DNA of 64,000 nt from Eledone cirrhosa (GCA_964016885.1 OZ024752.1:7688001-7752000), one strand, 5' to 3'; positions 50,988 to 64,000 are shown, numbered from the stretch's first letter. The notes: a model not told the origin generated them from the letters alone. Program-made: numbers and translations.

Positions 50988-53900
50988 GTAAGTTGATTTT
51001 ATACAGCAATTATATTTATCTTATATTATCATTTATGTTATATTACATTACACTAATGACCCACTGTTATTTTCAGAAAGTAGTCTACAATTTTCACGAG
51101 GAAATCCTCGTGGGCCACCCAGTATAAATCAACTTGTAATTTTTTTTTTACCTGTCCAAATTGTTTATAATTCTTTCAGAATGAAAATATAAACACATAT
51201 AATAAATATAATTAATTATTGCTAGGAACCTCGTAAATATAACGCACTAAAATATGTTATCTAAGTGACAGAAAATCAAAACAAAGAAAAACAAGCATCA
51301 ATTCAACACCATGTGCTACAACTGGGGTCACACAACATATCACAAGGGTCAACAGAAATGTTTGAGGTAAGCCATCGTGGGTGATAGCGAGGCTAAGGCG
51401 CTGAAACAACCAAGCACCCTCACGGGTATCATCTGACACCTCAGTAAGGCCGGGTGATGGCGAGGCTAAGGCGCTGAAACAACCAAGCACCCTCACGGGT
51501 ATCACCTGACACCTCAGTAAAGCCGAGTGATGGCGAGGCTAAGGCGCTGAAACAACCAAGCACCCTCACGGGTATCACCTGACACCTCAGTAAAGCCGGG
51601 TGATGGCGAGGCTAAGGCGCTGAAACAACCAAGCACCCTCACGGGTATCACCTGACACCTCAGTAAAGCCGGGTGATGGCGAGGCTAAGGCACTGAAACA
51701 ACCAAGCACCCTTACGGGTATCACCTGACACCTCTGTAAGGCCGGGTGATGGCGAGGCTAAGGCACTGAAACAACCAAGCACCCTCACGGGTATCACCTG
51801 ACACCTCAGTAAGGCCGGGTGATGGCGAGGCTAAGGCGCTGAAACAACCAAGCACCCTCACGGGTATCATCTGACACCTCAGTAAGGCCGGGTGATGGCG
51901 AGGCTAAGGCGCTGAAACAACCAAGCACCCTCACGGGTATCACCTGACACCTCAGTAAAGCCGGGTGATGGCGAGGCTAAGGCACTGACACAACCAAGCA
52001 CCTCCACAGGTATCACCTGACACCTCAGTAAAGCGACCCACCTCCACCAAACGTCTCAAACATCACAGGCTGGAAAAAATAGTTATTTGATAGTTCCCGG
52101 TATTTTAGGATTTTATTCCGTTCTGCAACAGAAGCAGTGACCCTCACATTTACCGTGGTTTCATGATGTGAGACGGAGCAAAAGAGTCACTGACTGCGAC
52201 GTCCCAGATAAGATATCTACCTCTTACCCAGGGACAAAGGGTAAGACCATCTGGTCTCTTCCCATCAATTCTGGATAATCCAGAACTGACGTCCATCTTC
52301 CACGCTAGCGTGGGTTGGACGGGTTTGTGCCACTTAAGGCAAGTTGGGTCAGGTGACCATGTCTCGCTTGTATAGGAGAGTTTCTGGCTGGTTTTCTACG
52401 ACTGGATGCCTTTCCTAACACCAACCACGTTGACTGTGTGTTCTGAGTGCTTTTTGCCGTGTCTTTTACATGTCCACTTTACAGTGGAATTTTCTGGCAC
52501 ATCTTTATTACCCAATGATCTTCATCCATATACGTCACATGTCCATACCAGTGCACACTACATCTCATTGCTCTTGTACCCAGTTTTTCTATCAGCTCAT
52601 CTATATTTTATTGTTCATGCACTTTAACACTGCACATCCAGTGGAGCATGTTTGCTTCATTTTTTTTCAGCCTTCACATATCCTCTGCATTCACTGCCCA
52701 TGTCTCACTACCATGTAACATATCCTCTGCATTCACTGCCCATGTCTCACTACCATGTAACATATCCTCTGCATTCACTGCCCATGTCTCACCACCATGT
52801 AATATATCCTCTGCATTCACTGCCCATGTCTCACTACTATGTAACATATCCTCTGCATTCACTGCCCATGTCTCACTACCATGTAACATATCCTCTGCAT
52901 TCACTGCCCATGTCTCACTACCATGTAACATATCCTCTGCATTCACTGCCCATGTCTCACCACCATGTAACATATCCTCTGCATTCACTGCCCATGTCTC
53001 ACTACCATGTAACATATCCTCTGCATTCACTGCCCATGTCTCACTACCATGTAACATATCCTCTGCATTCACTGCCCATGTCTCACTACTATGTAACATA
53101 TCCTCTGCATTCACTGCCCATGTCTCACCACCATGTAACATATCCTCTGCATTCACTGCCCATGTCTCACTACTATGTAACATATCCTCTGCATTCACTG
53201 CCCATGTCTCACTACCATGTAACATATCCTCTGCATTCACTGCCCATGTCTCACTACTATGTAACATATACTCTGCATTCACTGCCCATGTCTCACCACC
53301 ATGTAACATATCCTCTGCATTCACTGCCCATGTCTCACTACCATGTAACATATCCTCTGCATTCACTGCCCATGTCTCACTACCATGTAACATATCCTCT
53401 GCATTCACTGCCCATGTCTCACCACCATGTAATATATCCTCTGCATTCACTGCCCATGTCTCACTACCTTGTAACATATCCTCTGCATTCACTGCCCATG
53501 ACTCACCACCATGTAATATATCCTCTGCATTCACTGCCCATGTCTCACCACCATGTAATATATCCTCTGCATTCACTGCCCATGTCTCACTACCATGTAA
53601 CATATCCTCTGCATTCACTGCCCATGTCTCACCACCATGTAACATATCCTCTGCATTCACTGCCTATGTCTCACCACCATGTAACATATCCTCTGCATTC
53701 ACTGCCCATGTCTCACTACCATGTAACATATCCTCTGCATTCACTGCCCATGTCTCACCACCATGTAACATATCCTCTGCATTCACTGCCCATGTCTCAC
53801 TACTATGTAACATATCCTCTGCATTCACTGCCCATGTCTCACTACTATGTAACATATCCTCTGCATTCACTGCCCATGTCTCACTACTATGTAACATATC

Positions 53901-56900
53901 CTCTGCATTCACTGCCCATGTCTCACTACCATGTAACATATCCTCTGCATTCACTGCCCATGTCTCACCACCATGTAACATATCCTCTGCATTCACTGCC
54001 CATGTCTCACTACCATGTAACATATCCTCTGCATTCACTGCCCATGTCTCACTACCATGTAACATATACTCTGTATTCACTGCCCATGTCTCACTACCAT
54101 GTAACATATCCTCTGCATTCACTGCCCATGTCTCACTACTATGTAACATATCCTCTGCATTCACTGCCCATGTCTCACTACTATGTAACATATACTCTGC
54201 ATTCACTGCCCATGTCTCACTACCATGTAACATATCCTCTGCATTCACTGCCCATGTCTCACTACTATGTAACATATCCTCTGCATTCACTGCCCATGTC
54301 TCACTACCATGTAACATATCCTCTGCATTCACTGCCCATGTCTCACTACCATGTAACATATACTCTGCATTCACTGCCCATGTCTCACTACCATGTAACA
54401 TATCCTCTGCATTCACTGCCCATGTCTCACCACCATGTAACATATCCTCTGCATTCACTGCCCATGTCTCACTACCATGCAGCTTTGTACATTTTCATTT
54501 GTAGAGAGACCTTTTGTTGTCAACAGAGGTAGGAACCCCCTGAAATTTGAAGTGAGAGACCTTTTGTTGTCAACAGAGGTAGCCCCTTGAAATTGTAGAG
54601 AGAGACCTTTTGTTGCCAGCAGAGGTAGGAATCCCCTGAAATTGTAGAGAGAGACCTTTTGTTGCCAGCAGAGGTAGGAATCCCCTGAAATTGTAGAGAC
54701 CTTTTGTTGTCAACAGAGGTAGGAATCCCCTGAAATGTTCATCCTGTTGTTATTGTGGTGGTGGTGGTGATGATGGTGATGGTGGTGATAATGGTTGTGA
54801 TGATGATGATGATGATGATTATTATTATGATGCTGATGAGATTTTGTTAGATGTTTGCTTTTCCTTAAAGATTAATTCAACTTGAATTTAAAATTAATTT
54901 GTAATTAAATAAATAACTTAATTAATTATTTGATCTATTTTCAGTGTTAAGAAGGAAAACGATAATGCTGAAGCAAAATGTTGTCCAAACAAAAAGAAAA
55001 TGAAAAAAATGAAAAGTGATCCTGTGATTGAAATTGATAAAGAAGTGGAGTGTGGTGGGGTGTGGGGACAGTATAAAAGACAATGGGCTGCAAAATATAA
55101 AGCAAAGAAAATAAAACATCTCGATATTAAAGAAATAAAAGAAGAAAAAGATTGTTTTGAAGTTGAAATAATTGAAGAACGTTGTGAAAAAAAGGGGAAA
55201 AAAAGGAAAGAATGTTTAGAGGAAAAGGAAGAAGAAAAAACACATTTCAAAAGAAAGAAAGGGATGGAACAAAAGAAGGAATATCCAGTGAAAAATAGAA
55301 AAAAAGAAATAGAGTTATGTGATGACTCACCAGTGGTGTTTGTGGGAGTGACACGAACAGGGAGAGAATTAGGACTATGTGAAGAACGGTCACCAGTTGT
55401 GGGAACCTCAAAGAAGAAGAAGAAAGATATAGAATTATGTGAAGAAGAATTGCCAGTGGTTGTTGTGGGAATCACAAAGAAGAAAGAAATAGAATTATGT
55501 GAGGAAGAATTGCCAACTGTTGTGGGAACCACAAAGAAGAAGAAGAAAGAAATAGGACTATGTGATGAAGACTCACCAGTGGTGTTTGTGGGAGTCACAC
55601 AAACAGGGAGAGAAATAGGACTATATGAAGAAGACACACCAGTGGTTGTGGGAACCAAAAAGAAGAAGAAGAAGAAAGAAATAGTACTATGTGATGAAGA
55701 CTCGCCAGTGGTGTTTGTGGAAGTCACACAAACAGAGAAAGAAATAGGATTATGTGAAGAAGACACACCAGTGGTTGTGGGAACCACAAAGAGAAAGAAA
55801 ATAAAACTGGATATTGAGAAATATTCTACAGAATTAGTTGAAAAGGAGCAAAAAAAACAGAGGAAAAAACATCGAAAGATTAAAAAATGTAGTAAAAATG
55901 AAAGCAGCAGCTGTGATCAAGTTAAAGAGATTGTTGTTGTTAACGATGATGATGATGGGGAGAAGGATAATTGTCATAATCAAAGCAGTAACTGTGATCT
56001 AAATAAAGAAATTATTATTGAAGAGGAGGAAGAAGAGGAGGAGGAGGAGAATGGTGATGTAGAGATTAGCAGTGTTGAAATTTTACCAGTTGTATTTCCT
56101 TGTGAAATTCAAGATAGTTCTGAGACTTTAGAAACTGGCCAGGAATGTGAAGAACCTTCTGTGAAGTCTTCTCAAATTGACAGGATTTCTCTTCCAACAG
56201 TGTCACCAATTTCAATCACAAATAAAGTCAAGAACTTTGATTCATTTACTAACTCTGGGACTCAGGAGAATTCTGCAGAAGTTACCAATATTTTTCCTGT
56301 AAAAGAAACAGTTGAAGTTTTCGGTATTTCAAAGGAAAGCTTGTCATCCATTTGTAAAGCAATAAAAGCTGGTGAATCGCTGACAATAACTGAAAACGAA
56401 GTGAAAAAAGTTGAACTTTGTCCCAATACCAATGAAAATATTCTTAATATAGTCAACAACAATAATGGTGTAGAACATAAGAAACTACCTGTAAATAATA
56501 GAGTTCCTGCGAAAAATGGCAACAAAACCCACAGGACAAGGCGGCATCGAAAACGCCGACATGGTCCAAGTTTTGCCTGTGCTCCATTCCTTTCCTCAAT
56601 GAGTTCTGTATCTGAATCTGACAGCTCAGTAATCGTATCAACCCCTAAAGCACAATATGTTGGAAGTTTTCTTTCTTCTGACAAACATATTCATTTTGAC
56701 TCTGAAGAGGAAGATGAAGTTAGCTCCAACATTACTCCAGCCAATGGTCCATCAGAACTAAACCAGTCCACTGTAAAACCTTTCAATTGTAATTTTATAT
56801 TTTTCTACTTTAATTTTCTTTCCCCTTTAATTTATTTAAGATTTTTCATATCAAACTGTTTCTGGTTCTATGATACAAAGTTCTTTATTTTAACCGTTTA

Positions 56901-59900
56901 GTATTTAAACCGGCCATATCCAGCCAGAATTCCCTCACCTCTTTCTGTTCAAACCAGTTACTGATACTAATGTTAAGGTATTCTTCTCAAAATAAATAAT
57001 ATCAAAATCTCATAGATTCAATAATATATGAGATAATTATGTGAGGTAAAGACATTACCACAAAAATACAACAGTATATATAGAGTAATGTAATTTCTAA
57101 AGGGTTAAGGTGTTTATATTTATCATAGCATTATGCAAGAACCTTTTTTTTAAATTATGTTCCAAACAGCAGAAAAGTAATGAGAAAGTTAGTTATATAA
57201 CTAAATCTCTTCAAATTCTTGGTTCTTCTTAAAATTAATTGAAAACTAAAACTAAAGTCAGTGTCTTTCATAAGAAATATGGTTACAAATGGGTTAAATT
57301 TGTTTATTATCATCTGGGAGGTGGATTGGCAGTATCGGTAGATAGTCGGACGCCATGCTTTCCAGCATAGTTACGTCATAGTTATGCTTTCCAGCACAGT
57401 TACGTCCCTTTACGGTCTGAGTTCAAATCCCGCCGAGGTTAACTTTGCCTTTCATCCTTACGGGGTCAATAAAATAAAGTACCAGTCATGCACTGGGGTC
57501 AATTTAATCATTTTTCCCCTCCCCCAAAATTGTTGGCTTTGTGCCTATATAAGAAACCATTATTTTGTTTGTTAATAATTGACAGAGTTAGCGTGTTGGA
57601 CTAAATATATTTTATATTTATCAGGGCTCTCTGTAATCTGAGTTGATATTTCACTGAGGTCAACTTTGCCTTTCATCCTTTTAGCAGTAATAAATAAAGT
57701 ACAAGACGAAGATGGTGGATTAAGGTTTTTTTTAGAGCTTCATATAGGGTGCCTTGTAGTGTCTGTGCCAGCTCCGTGTGGTCTCATCTCGGGTACCTTG
57801 CTAGTGTCTGTGCCAGCTCCGTGTGGTCTCATCTCGGGTACCTTGCTGTCTGTGCCAGCTCTGTGTGATCACGTATAGGGTATCTTGCTGTCTGTGTGGT
57901 CCCAGTTAGGGTACCTTGTGTCTGTGTGGTCCCAGTTAGGGTACCTTGCTGTCTGTGTGGTCCCAGTTAGGGTACCTTGCTGTCTGTGCCAGCTCTGTGT
58001 GGTCTCAGGGTACCTTGCTGTCTGTGTGGTCCCAGTTAGGGTACCTTGCTGTCTGTGCCAGCTCTGTGTGGTCTCAGGGTACCTTGCTGTCTGTGTGGTC
58101 CCAGTTAGGGTACCTTGCTGTCTGTGTGGTCCCAGTTAGGGTACCTTGCTGTCTGTGCCAGCTCTGTGTGGTCTCAGGGTACCTTGCTGTCTGTGTGGTC
58201 CCAGTTAGGGTACCTTGCTGTCTGTGCTAGCTCTGTGTGGTCTCAGTTCAAATTCTGCCTCCTAGCATCAGAAAAATGATAACTTGATAATATTGGAACA
58301 CCTATCATTAAAACATTTGTGAAATGTTAATGTTGTATGAGGTCAGCTGTACCTACACAGGTCATATGAGGTCAGTTGACCCTACACAGGTGTGAAGCAG
58401 TAACACAGGTCATATGAAGTCAGTTGACCCTACACAGGTGTGAAGCAGTAACACAGGTCATATGAGGTCAGTTGACCCTACACAGGTGTGAAGCAGTAAC
58501 ACAGGTCATATGAGGTCAGTTGACCCTACACAGGTGTGAAGCAGTAACACAGGTCATATGAAGTCAGTTGACCCTACACAGGTGTGAAGCAGTAACACAG
58601 GTCATATGAAGTCAGTTGACCCTACACAGGTGTGAAGCAGTAACACAGGTCATATGAGGTCAGTTGACCCTACACAGGTGTGAAGCAGTAACACAGGTCA
58701 TATGAGGTCAGTTGACCCTACACAGGTGTGAAGCAGTAACAGCAACATCAAGCTGAAGGAATGTTTTTGTCTGACAACAAGCTACAGATGATGATGCTTA
58801 TACAAATGATGTACCAATCAAGTATTAGGGTCAATTTAATTGACTAATTCCTCACCTGAAATCTCTGGTCTTGTATCAGAATATTTGGTCTGGAGGTGAA
58901 TTAGATCTAATTAACATTCCTCTTGAGTCATTATAAGTTGATTGGGTAGGAGAGATGATATACAGGAGGAGAGTTACAAAAGGCTGAGATTCTGGGGAAT
59001 AAGGACTGGGTGTAGTTGTTAATAAGAGGTTCATGATATGGGTAAAGAAAGTCGTACTTGAGTGTGTTGTGTGTACCTGAGTAGAGGTGACATGACTGGT
59101 TAGCTCTGAGTAGAGGTGACATGACTGGTTAGCTCTGAGTAGAGGTGACATGACTGGTTAGCTCTGAGTAGAGGTGACATGACAAGCTAGCTCTGAGTAG
59201 AGGTGACATGACAAGCTAGCTCTGAGTAGAGGTGACATGACTAGTTAGCTCTGAGTAGAGGTGACATGACTAGTTAGCTCTGAGTAGAGGTGACATGACT
59301 AGTTAGCTCTGAGTAGAGGTGACATGACTAGTTAGCTCTGAGTAGAGGTGACATGACTAGTTAGCTCTGAGTCGAGGTGACATGACTAGTTAGCTCTGAG
59401 TAGAGGTGACATGACAAGCTAGCTCTGAGTCGAGGTGACATGACCAGCTAGCTCTGAGGATGAGAAGCCACTACATTAGTGCTAGAAAAGACAGAGAGTA
59501 CTCTACATGTGAAGCAGGAGTTGAAATGTGTTGCTAATCATAAATAATTAATTCCATTCTCTCATATTTTATTTTTAAAATATCATTTAACTAAACTTTG
59601 TCTCTTCTAACTTTACTCAACATTTCTGTTTTAAATTCTATTTCAGCTTTAAACATAGAAAAATGTCAAACTCAGTTAGAAAATCTGGAAAACTCGATGC
59701 GTTCTGAAATCAGTAAACAAGGAGAAACTGTGGGAAATTGTAGTGTTTTGAAGAAGGGCTGTGCTGTATACAAGCGAGGAGTTGGGTTTATTAAACCTTT
59801 AAATACCCCACCTTCACCTATTAAAACTTCTCAACAAAATAACCAACTTACAAACAAGGTGAGAATCAAAAGATCATTATGTTATTATTACCTGTTAAAT

Positions 59901-61486
59901 AAAGTACCAGTAATACACTGGGATAATTGCTGGTCTTGTGCCAAAAGTAGAAATAATTATTACCTGTTATGTAGGTAAGGTAACCTAGCAACTGTAAATT
60001 ACTGTTAGTGCCACTGGTAGGTAACCTAGCAACTGTAAATTACTGTTAGTACCACTGATAGGTAACCTAGCAACTGTAAATTACTGTTAGTGCCACTGGT
60101 AGGTAACCTAGCAACTGTATATTACTGTTAGTACCACTGGTAGGTAACCTAGCAACTGTATATTACTGTTAGTACCACTGGTAGGTAACCTAGCAACTGT
60201 ATATTACTGTTAGTACCACTGTTATGTAACCTAGTAACTGTATATTACTGTTAGTACCACTGATAGGTAACCTAGCAACTGTATATTACTGTTAGTACCA
60301 CTGTTAGGTAACCTAGCAACTGTATATTACTGTTAGTACCACTGTTATGTAACCTAGTAACCTCTTAGTAACTTTTCTTATTCAACTGATTCAATATTGT
60401 TTTACTTTCACCATAACTTTGATAGGTTTTGGCCAGTATTGGCCCAGGCCATGTCTAACTTAATAGCACCACCACATGTGTGCCATTCCCAGTCATAGTC
60501 ATGGTGAACTAGTCTTTAAATATAAAAACCTAAACCTCTTGTCCAACCCATGCCAATATTTAAATATAAAAACCTAAACCTCTTGTCCAACCCATGCCAA
60601 TATTTAAATATATAAACCTAAACCTCTTGTCCAACCCATGCCAATATTTGAATATATAAACCTAAACCTCTTGTCCAACCCATGCCAATATTTAAATATA
60701 TAAACCTAAACCTCTTGTCCAACCCATGCCAATATTTAAATATATAAACCTAAACCTCTTGTCCAACCCATGCCAATATTTAAATATATAAACCCAAACC
60801 TCTTGTCCAACCCATGCCAATATTTAAATATATAAACCTAAACCTCTTGTCCAACTCATGCCAATATTTAAATATATAAACCTAAACCTCTTGTCCAACC
60901 CATGCCAATATTTAAATGAGAGTATTAACCTTTTAGCATCTAAACAGCCATATCTGGCCAGAATTCTCTCATCTCTTTCTTTTCAAACCTGGCTGTCATA
61001 CTGATGTTAAGGTATTGTTCGCAACATAAATTGAATATAGATTAAATATTATGTGAGATAAAGTGTTTACTGTGAAAATATAATAGTATATATAGAGTAA
61101 TGTAAATAGTAAGGTCTTAAGACAATGGTGATGATAGTGGGGGGGGGGGGGGTAGTGGTGGTAATGGTGGTAGTGGTGATTGTAGCAATAATAATGGCTG
61201 TGATTCTTGTTTATTTACATAAATATTTATTTAATTTCTATCTTATGTCGATGTCTTCTAACTCCATATTTCAATATCTAAACCAGAACCAAACCCAGTT
61301 CAACTCCTCAATTTTAAAACCTAACTATGAGGTCTTTCCTGTGTTAAGTGGACTCTCCTGTGTAACGGGGGACAGAATTGCTTTTAAGGTAACAAGTTTT
61401 CTACATTTACCTCTCTCTGTGTGTTTGTGAGGCATATATGTGTGAGTTTGTGACTTTCTATATATATATATGTGTGTGTGTGTGTT

Positions 61487-61517
<31 letters not shown>

Positions 61518-63092
61518 TTGTGAGTTTCTATATATAGATTTATGTGTGTGTTTCTATATATATGTGTGTTTGTGAGTTTCTATATATGTGTGTGTGTTTA
61601 TGTATGTGTGTGTGTGCTTCTATATGTGTGTGTATGCTTCTATATATGTGTGTGTATGTGTATATATATATGTGTGGGGCATATGTGTGTGTCTATATAT
61701 GTATGTGAGTGTATATATATATATACACACACATACATCGTCCCACCCTTGCAAGCAGGGAAGAGCGGACGTAAAGTGATGATGATGATATGGGGCATAT
61801 GTGTGTGTGTATATATATATATGTGTGGGGCATGTGTATGTGTGTCATCATCACTGTTTTACGTCCGTTCTTCTACGCTAGCATGGGTTAGACAGGTTGT
61901 CCTGTTGTGGGCAGTGTCCGGTTGGCTGACCTTGTCTTGCTCATACAGGAACTGATTCTGGCTTGATTTCTACAGCTGGATGCCCTTCCTAACACCAACC
62001 TCATTTACAGTGAGTGCTGGTACAGTGAGTGCTGGGTGAGTACCGTGGCACGACCACTTCACAGTGGGAGGGTGTGGGGGCATACTGTCTATATGCTTCA
62101 GCTTCGGTTTGTACCCGTGGGGGGGGGGGGGGTCTTCTGTATTACTGCGTGACGCCAGAGGTCAAGGTCGTGTGTTATCACTCTAAAGAGGTGCAATTGG
62201 GTAAGGTCGACCTTTATCACCTCATCCCAGGTCTTCTAGGGTCTCCCCACTCCGCGGCTTCCATCGACTTCTAGTGCTCTGCACGTTTTTATGCACCTGT
62301 CATCCTTCATACGCATCATGTATATATATATATATGTGGGTCATGTGTATGTATGTGTGTGTATATACAGGAAATTGAGGGAAAAAGTGGAGATATTTCC
62401 ATATTTTATCTGATGTACATTTCTGTACCATCCCTAATTTACTGAGGTTTACAGAGTTATGTAATCCTGGACGTATAAAAAACATTTCTCCAGTCATTTT
62501 CTCAATTTCCTCTCTATCGATTCTCCATGCATAACTTACTATAGAATAATTCTATAGTTCCAATATCTAGGTGATTAGATTAGCAAGGGAGGAGGGTGCT
62601 CCGAGGCCATAGTATCTAGAATAAGGATAGGATGGAAGAAGTTTAGGGAGCTGCTTCCTCTGTTGACAATGAAGGGTTTCTCCCTACGAACGAAGTTCAG
62701 CTAGGTGATGCCTGTGTAAGATGTGCGATGATGCATGGTAGTGAGACATGGGCAGCAACTGTGGAGGATATAAGAAGACTGGAGAGAAATGAAGCAAGCA
62801 TGCTTTGATTGATATACAATGGGCTTCTTGATGATTTCTCCCGAATGAAACAGTTCTAGTTCTGTAGAAGCCATTTTATATTATATATATATATATATAT
62901 TTAATGAAGGAAGTGTGGTAAGGAACCAGGTGGACCATATCGCACCAGAGTACTCAATACTTTGGGTAGTAGAGTGGGTAATAGGAAAAGAGTCAGGACC
63001 CCGATGACTGAGCTCCGGCCGTTTCGGCACCGAGTTCAGAACTAGCTGTTGAAATGGCCAGAGCTCAGCTGTCGGGGTCCTGACTCTTTTCC

Positions 63093-63136
<44 letters not shown>

Positions 63137-63398
63137 TAATTAGAAAGTGAACAACACAAAATATAACTACTCCATTACCAAAGGTTTCTGGATCACAGAT
63201 GACAATATACGCCTGCTCGGTCGTCAGACAGAGATGTCATACCTAACATATATTTATATAACAACTTTGTTAATTTGCTGCTTCATAAATTATGTATTAG
63301 TTGCCTTCCATTTGGTTTCAAAGTAGATTTTATTCTGTTTATATTTTCAGAGACTGGAAATGGACCTTGATTATTGTCCTGTTATCTCTGATTATAGA
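50758..63398 (+). CDS. COIL: Coilin (Cajal body scaffold), spliced, 3'-incomplete
   Basis: Exons 50758-50987, 54945-56788, 59647-59858, 61287-61388, 63351-63398 phase-compatible; Coilin_N motif (WFLVD..LIPPWES..IFRDND), HIHFD motif, Tudor-like C-terminal start ([31 protein letters not shown]). Confidence 0.9.
51378..52035. repeat. 70-bp tandem repeat, copy B (~9 units)
   Basis: Same unit as 47511-47775. Confidence 0.95.
52677..54480. repeat. 42-bp minisatellite, ~43 units, from RTE coding sequence
   Basis: Minus strand reads ([14 protein letters not shown])n, cf. [15 protein letters not shown] in the intact RTE ORF. Confidence 0.96.
54500..54737. repeat. ~45-bp tandem repeat from RTE coding sequence
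   Basis: GAGAGACCTTTTGTTGTCAACAGAGGTAGGAATCCCCTGAAATT, antisense of the [13 protein letters not shown] region. Confidence 0.8.
54945..56788 (+). CDS. COIL: Coilin exon 2 (disordered Lys/Glu-rich region)
   Basis: ttttcag acceptor in phase with exon 1; 1.8-kb open frame; 3' boundary chosen by phase (T|gtaatt), less certain. Confidence 0.82.
56890..57108. mobile_element. piggyBac-like (TTAA) MITE family copy
   Basis: TTAACC.TTTAG..CTAAAGGGTTAA termini; other copies ~36350-36706, 37878-38560, 41930-42252, 60925-61120, 9566-11500. Confidence 0.7.
57315..57560 (+). mobile_element. Second tRNA-derived SINE family
   Basis: GAGTTCAAATCC B box then CTTTGCCTTTCATCC..GGTC.ATAAAATAAAGTACCAG; relatives ~37530-37680 (-), 57640-57700. 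Confidence 0.7.
57745..58247. repeat. ~30/38-bp minisatellite
   Basis: GGGTACCTTGCTGTCTGTG(TGGTCCCAGTTA or CCAGCTCTGTGTGGTCTCA). Confidence 0.92.
58335..58741. repeat. 48-bp minisatellite
   Basis: ACAGGTCATATGARGTCAGTTGACCCTACACAGGTGTGAAGCAGTAAC. Confidence 0.93.
59077..59458. repeat. 28-bp minisatellite
   Basis: CTGAGTAGAGGTGACATGACTAGTTAGCT-type unit. Confidence 0.92.
59647..59858 (+). CDS. COIL: Coilin exon 3
   Basis: tttcag..AAG|gtgaga; [25 protein letters not shown]. Confidence 0.75.
59978..60362. repeat. 41-bp minisatellite
   Basis: AGGTAACCTAGCAACTGTATATTACTGTTAGTACCACTGGT. Confidence 0.93.
60515..60917. repeat. 44-bp minisatellite
   Basis: TTTAAATATATAAACCTAAACCTCTTGTCCAACCCATGCCAATA. 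Confidence 0.94.
61287..61388 (+). CDS. COIL: Coilin exon 4
   Basis: [34 protein letters not shown]|gtaac; alternative acceptor at 61298 possible. Confidence 0.85.
63351..63398 (+). CDS. COIL: Coilin exon 5
   Basis: [16 protein letters not shown], tttcag/gtaagt. Confidence 0.88.
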
Positions 63399-63427
63399 GT
63401 AAGTCCTCTTCAATCACATCGTCACAT

Positions 63428-64000
63428 CTCACATTATGATATCTTAATATCACATTATACAGTAAGATATCTTAATATCACATTATATAGTAAGATATCT
63501 TAATATCACATTATACAGTAAGATATCTTAATATCACATTATACAGTAAGATATCTTAATATCACATTATATAGTAAGATATCTTAATATCATATTATAC
63601 AGTAAATATCTTAATATCATATTATATAGTAAGATATCTTAATATCACATTATACAGTAAGATATCTTAATATCACATTATATAGTAAGATATCTTAATA
63701 TATTATACAGTAAATATCTTAATATCATATTATATAGTAAGATATCTTAATATCACATTATACAGTAAGATATCTTAATATCACATTATATAGTAAGATA
63801 TCTTAATATCACATTATACAGTAAGATATCTTAATATCACATTATATAGTAAGATATCTTAATATCACATTATACAGTAAGATATCTTAATATATTATAC
63901 AGTAAGATATCTTAATATCACATTATACAGTAAATATCTTAATATCACATTATATAGTAAGATATCTTAATATCGCATTATATAGTAAGATATCTTAATA
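63428..64000. repeat. ~29-bp minisatellite, truncated by window edge
   Basis: TCACATTATAYAGTAAGATATCTTAATA. Confidence 0.94.

Noticed and set aside
52648-54532. His-rich 618/626-aa proteins
   Set aside because: Antisense translation of RTE-derived 42-bp array

Overview
Eukaryotic, AT-rich, repeat-dense genomic DNA; the SINE/RTE repertoire suggests an octopus/cephalopod (inference). Three intron-containing genes can be reconstructed by hand: meiotic recombinase DMC1 (minus strand, 9 coding exons 22108->5463, continuing off the left edge, with one U12-type intron), SNU13/NHP2L1 (plus, complete, 127 aa) and coilin (plus, 5 exons from 50758, continuing off the right edge), plus tRNA-Asn(GTT). 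Mobile DNA includes an intact 1022-aa RTE LINE, an R4/Dong-like fragment, CR1/RTE fragments, SINEs, MITEs and Penelope-type termini with hammerhead ribozyme motifs. About 20 minisatellites occupy much of the rest and explain most long ORFs in the track. Highlights: a >5.3-kb 52-bp satellite built from a DMC1 splice acceptor plus exon start, several arrays amplified in situ from local transposon pieces, (TA)n-embedded fold-back elements made of hammerhead halves, and a repeat-expanded coilin.
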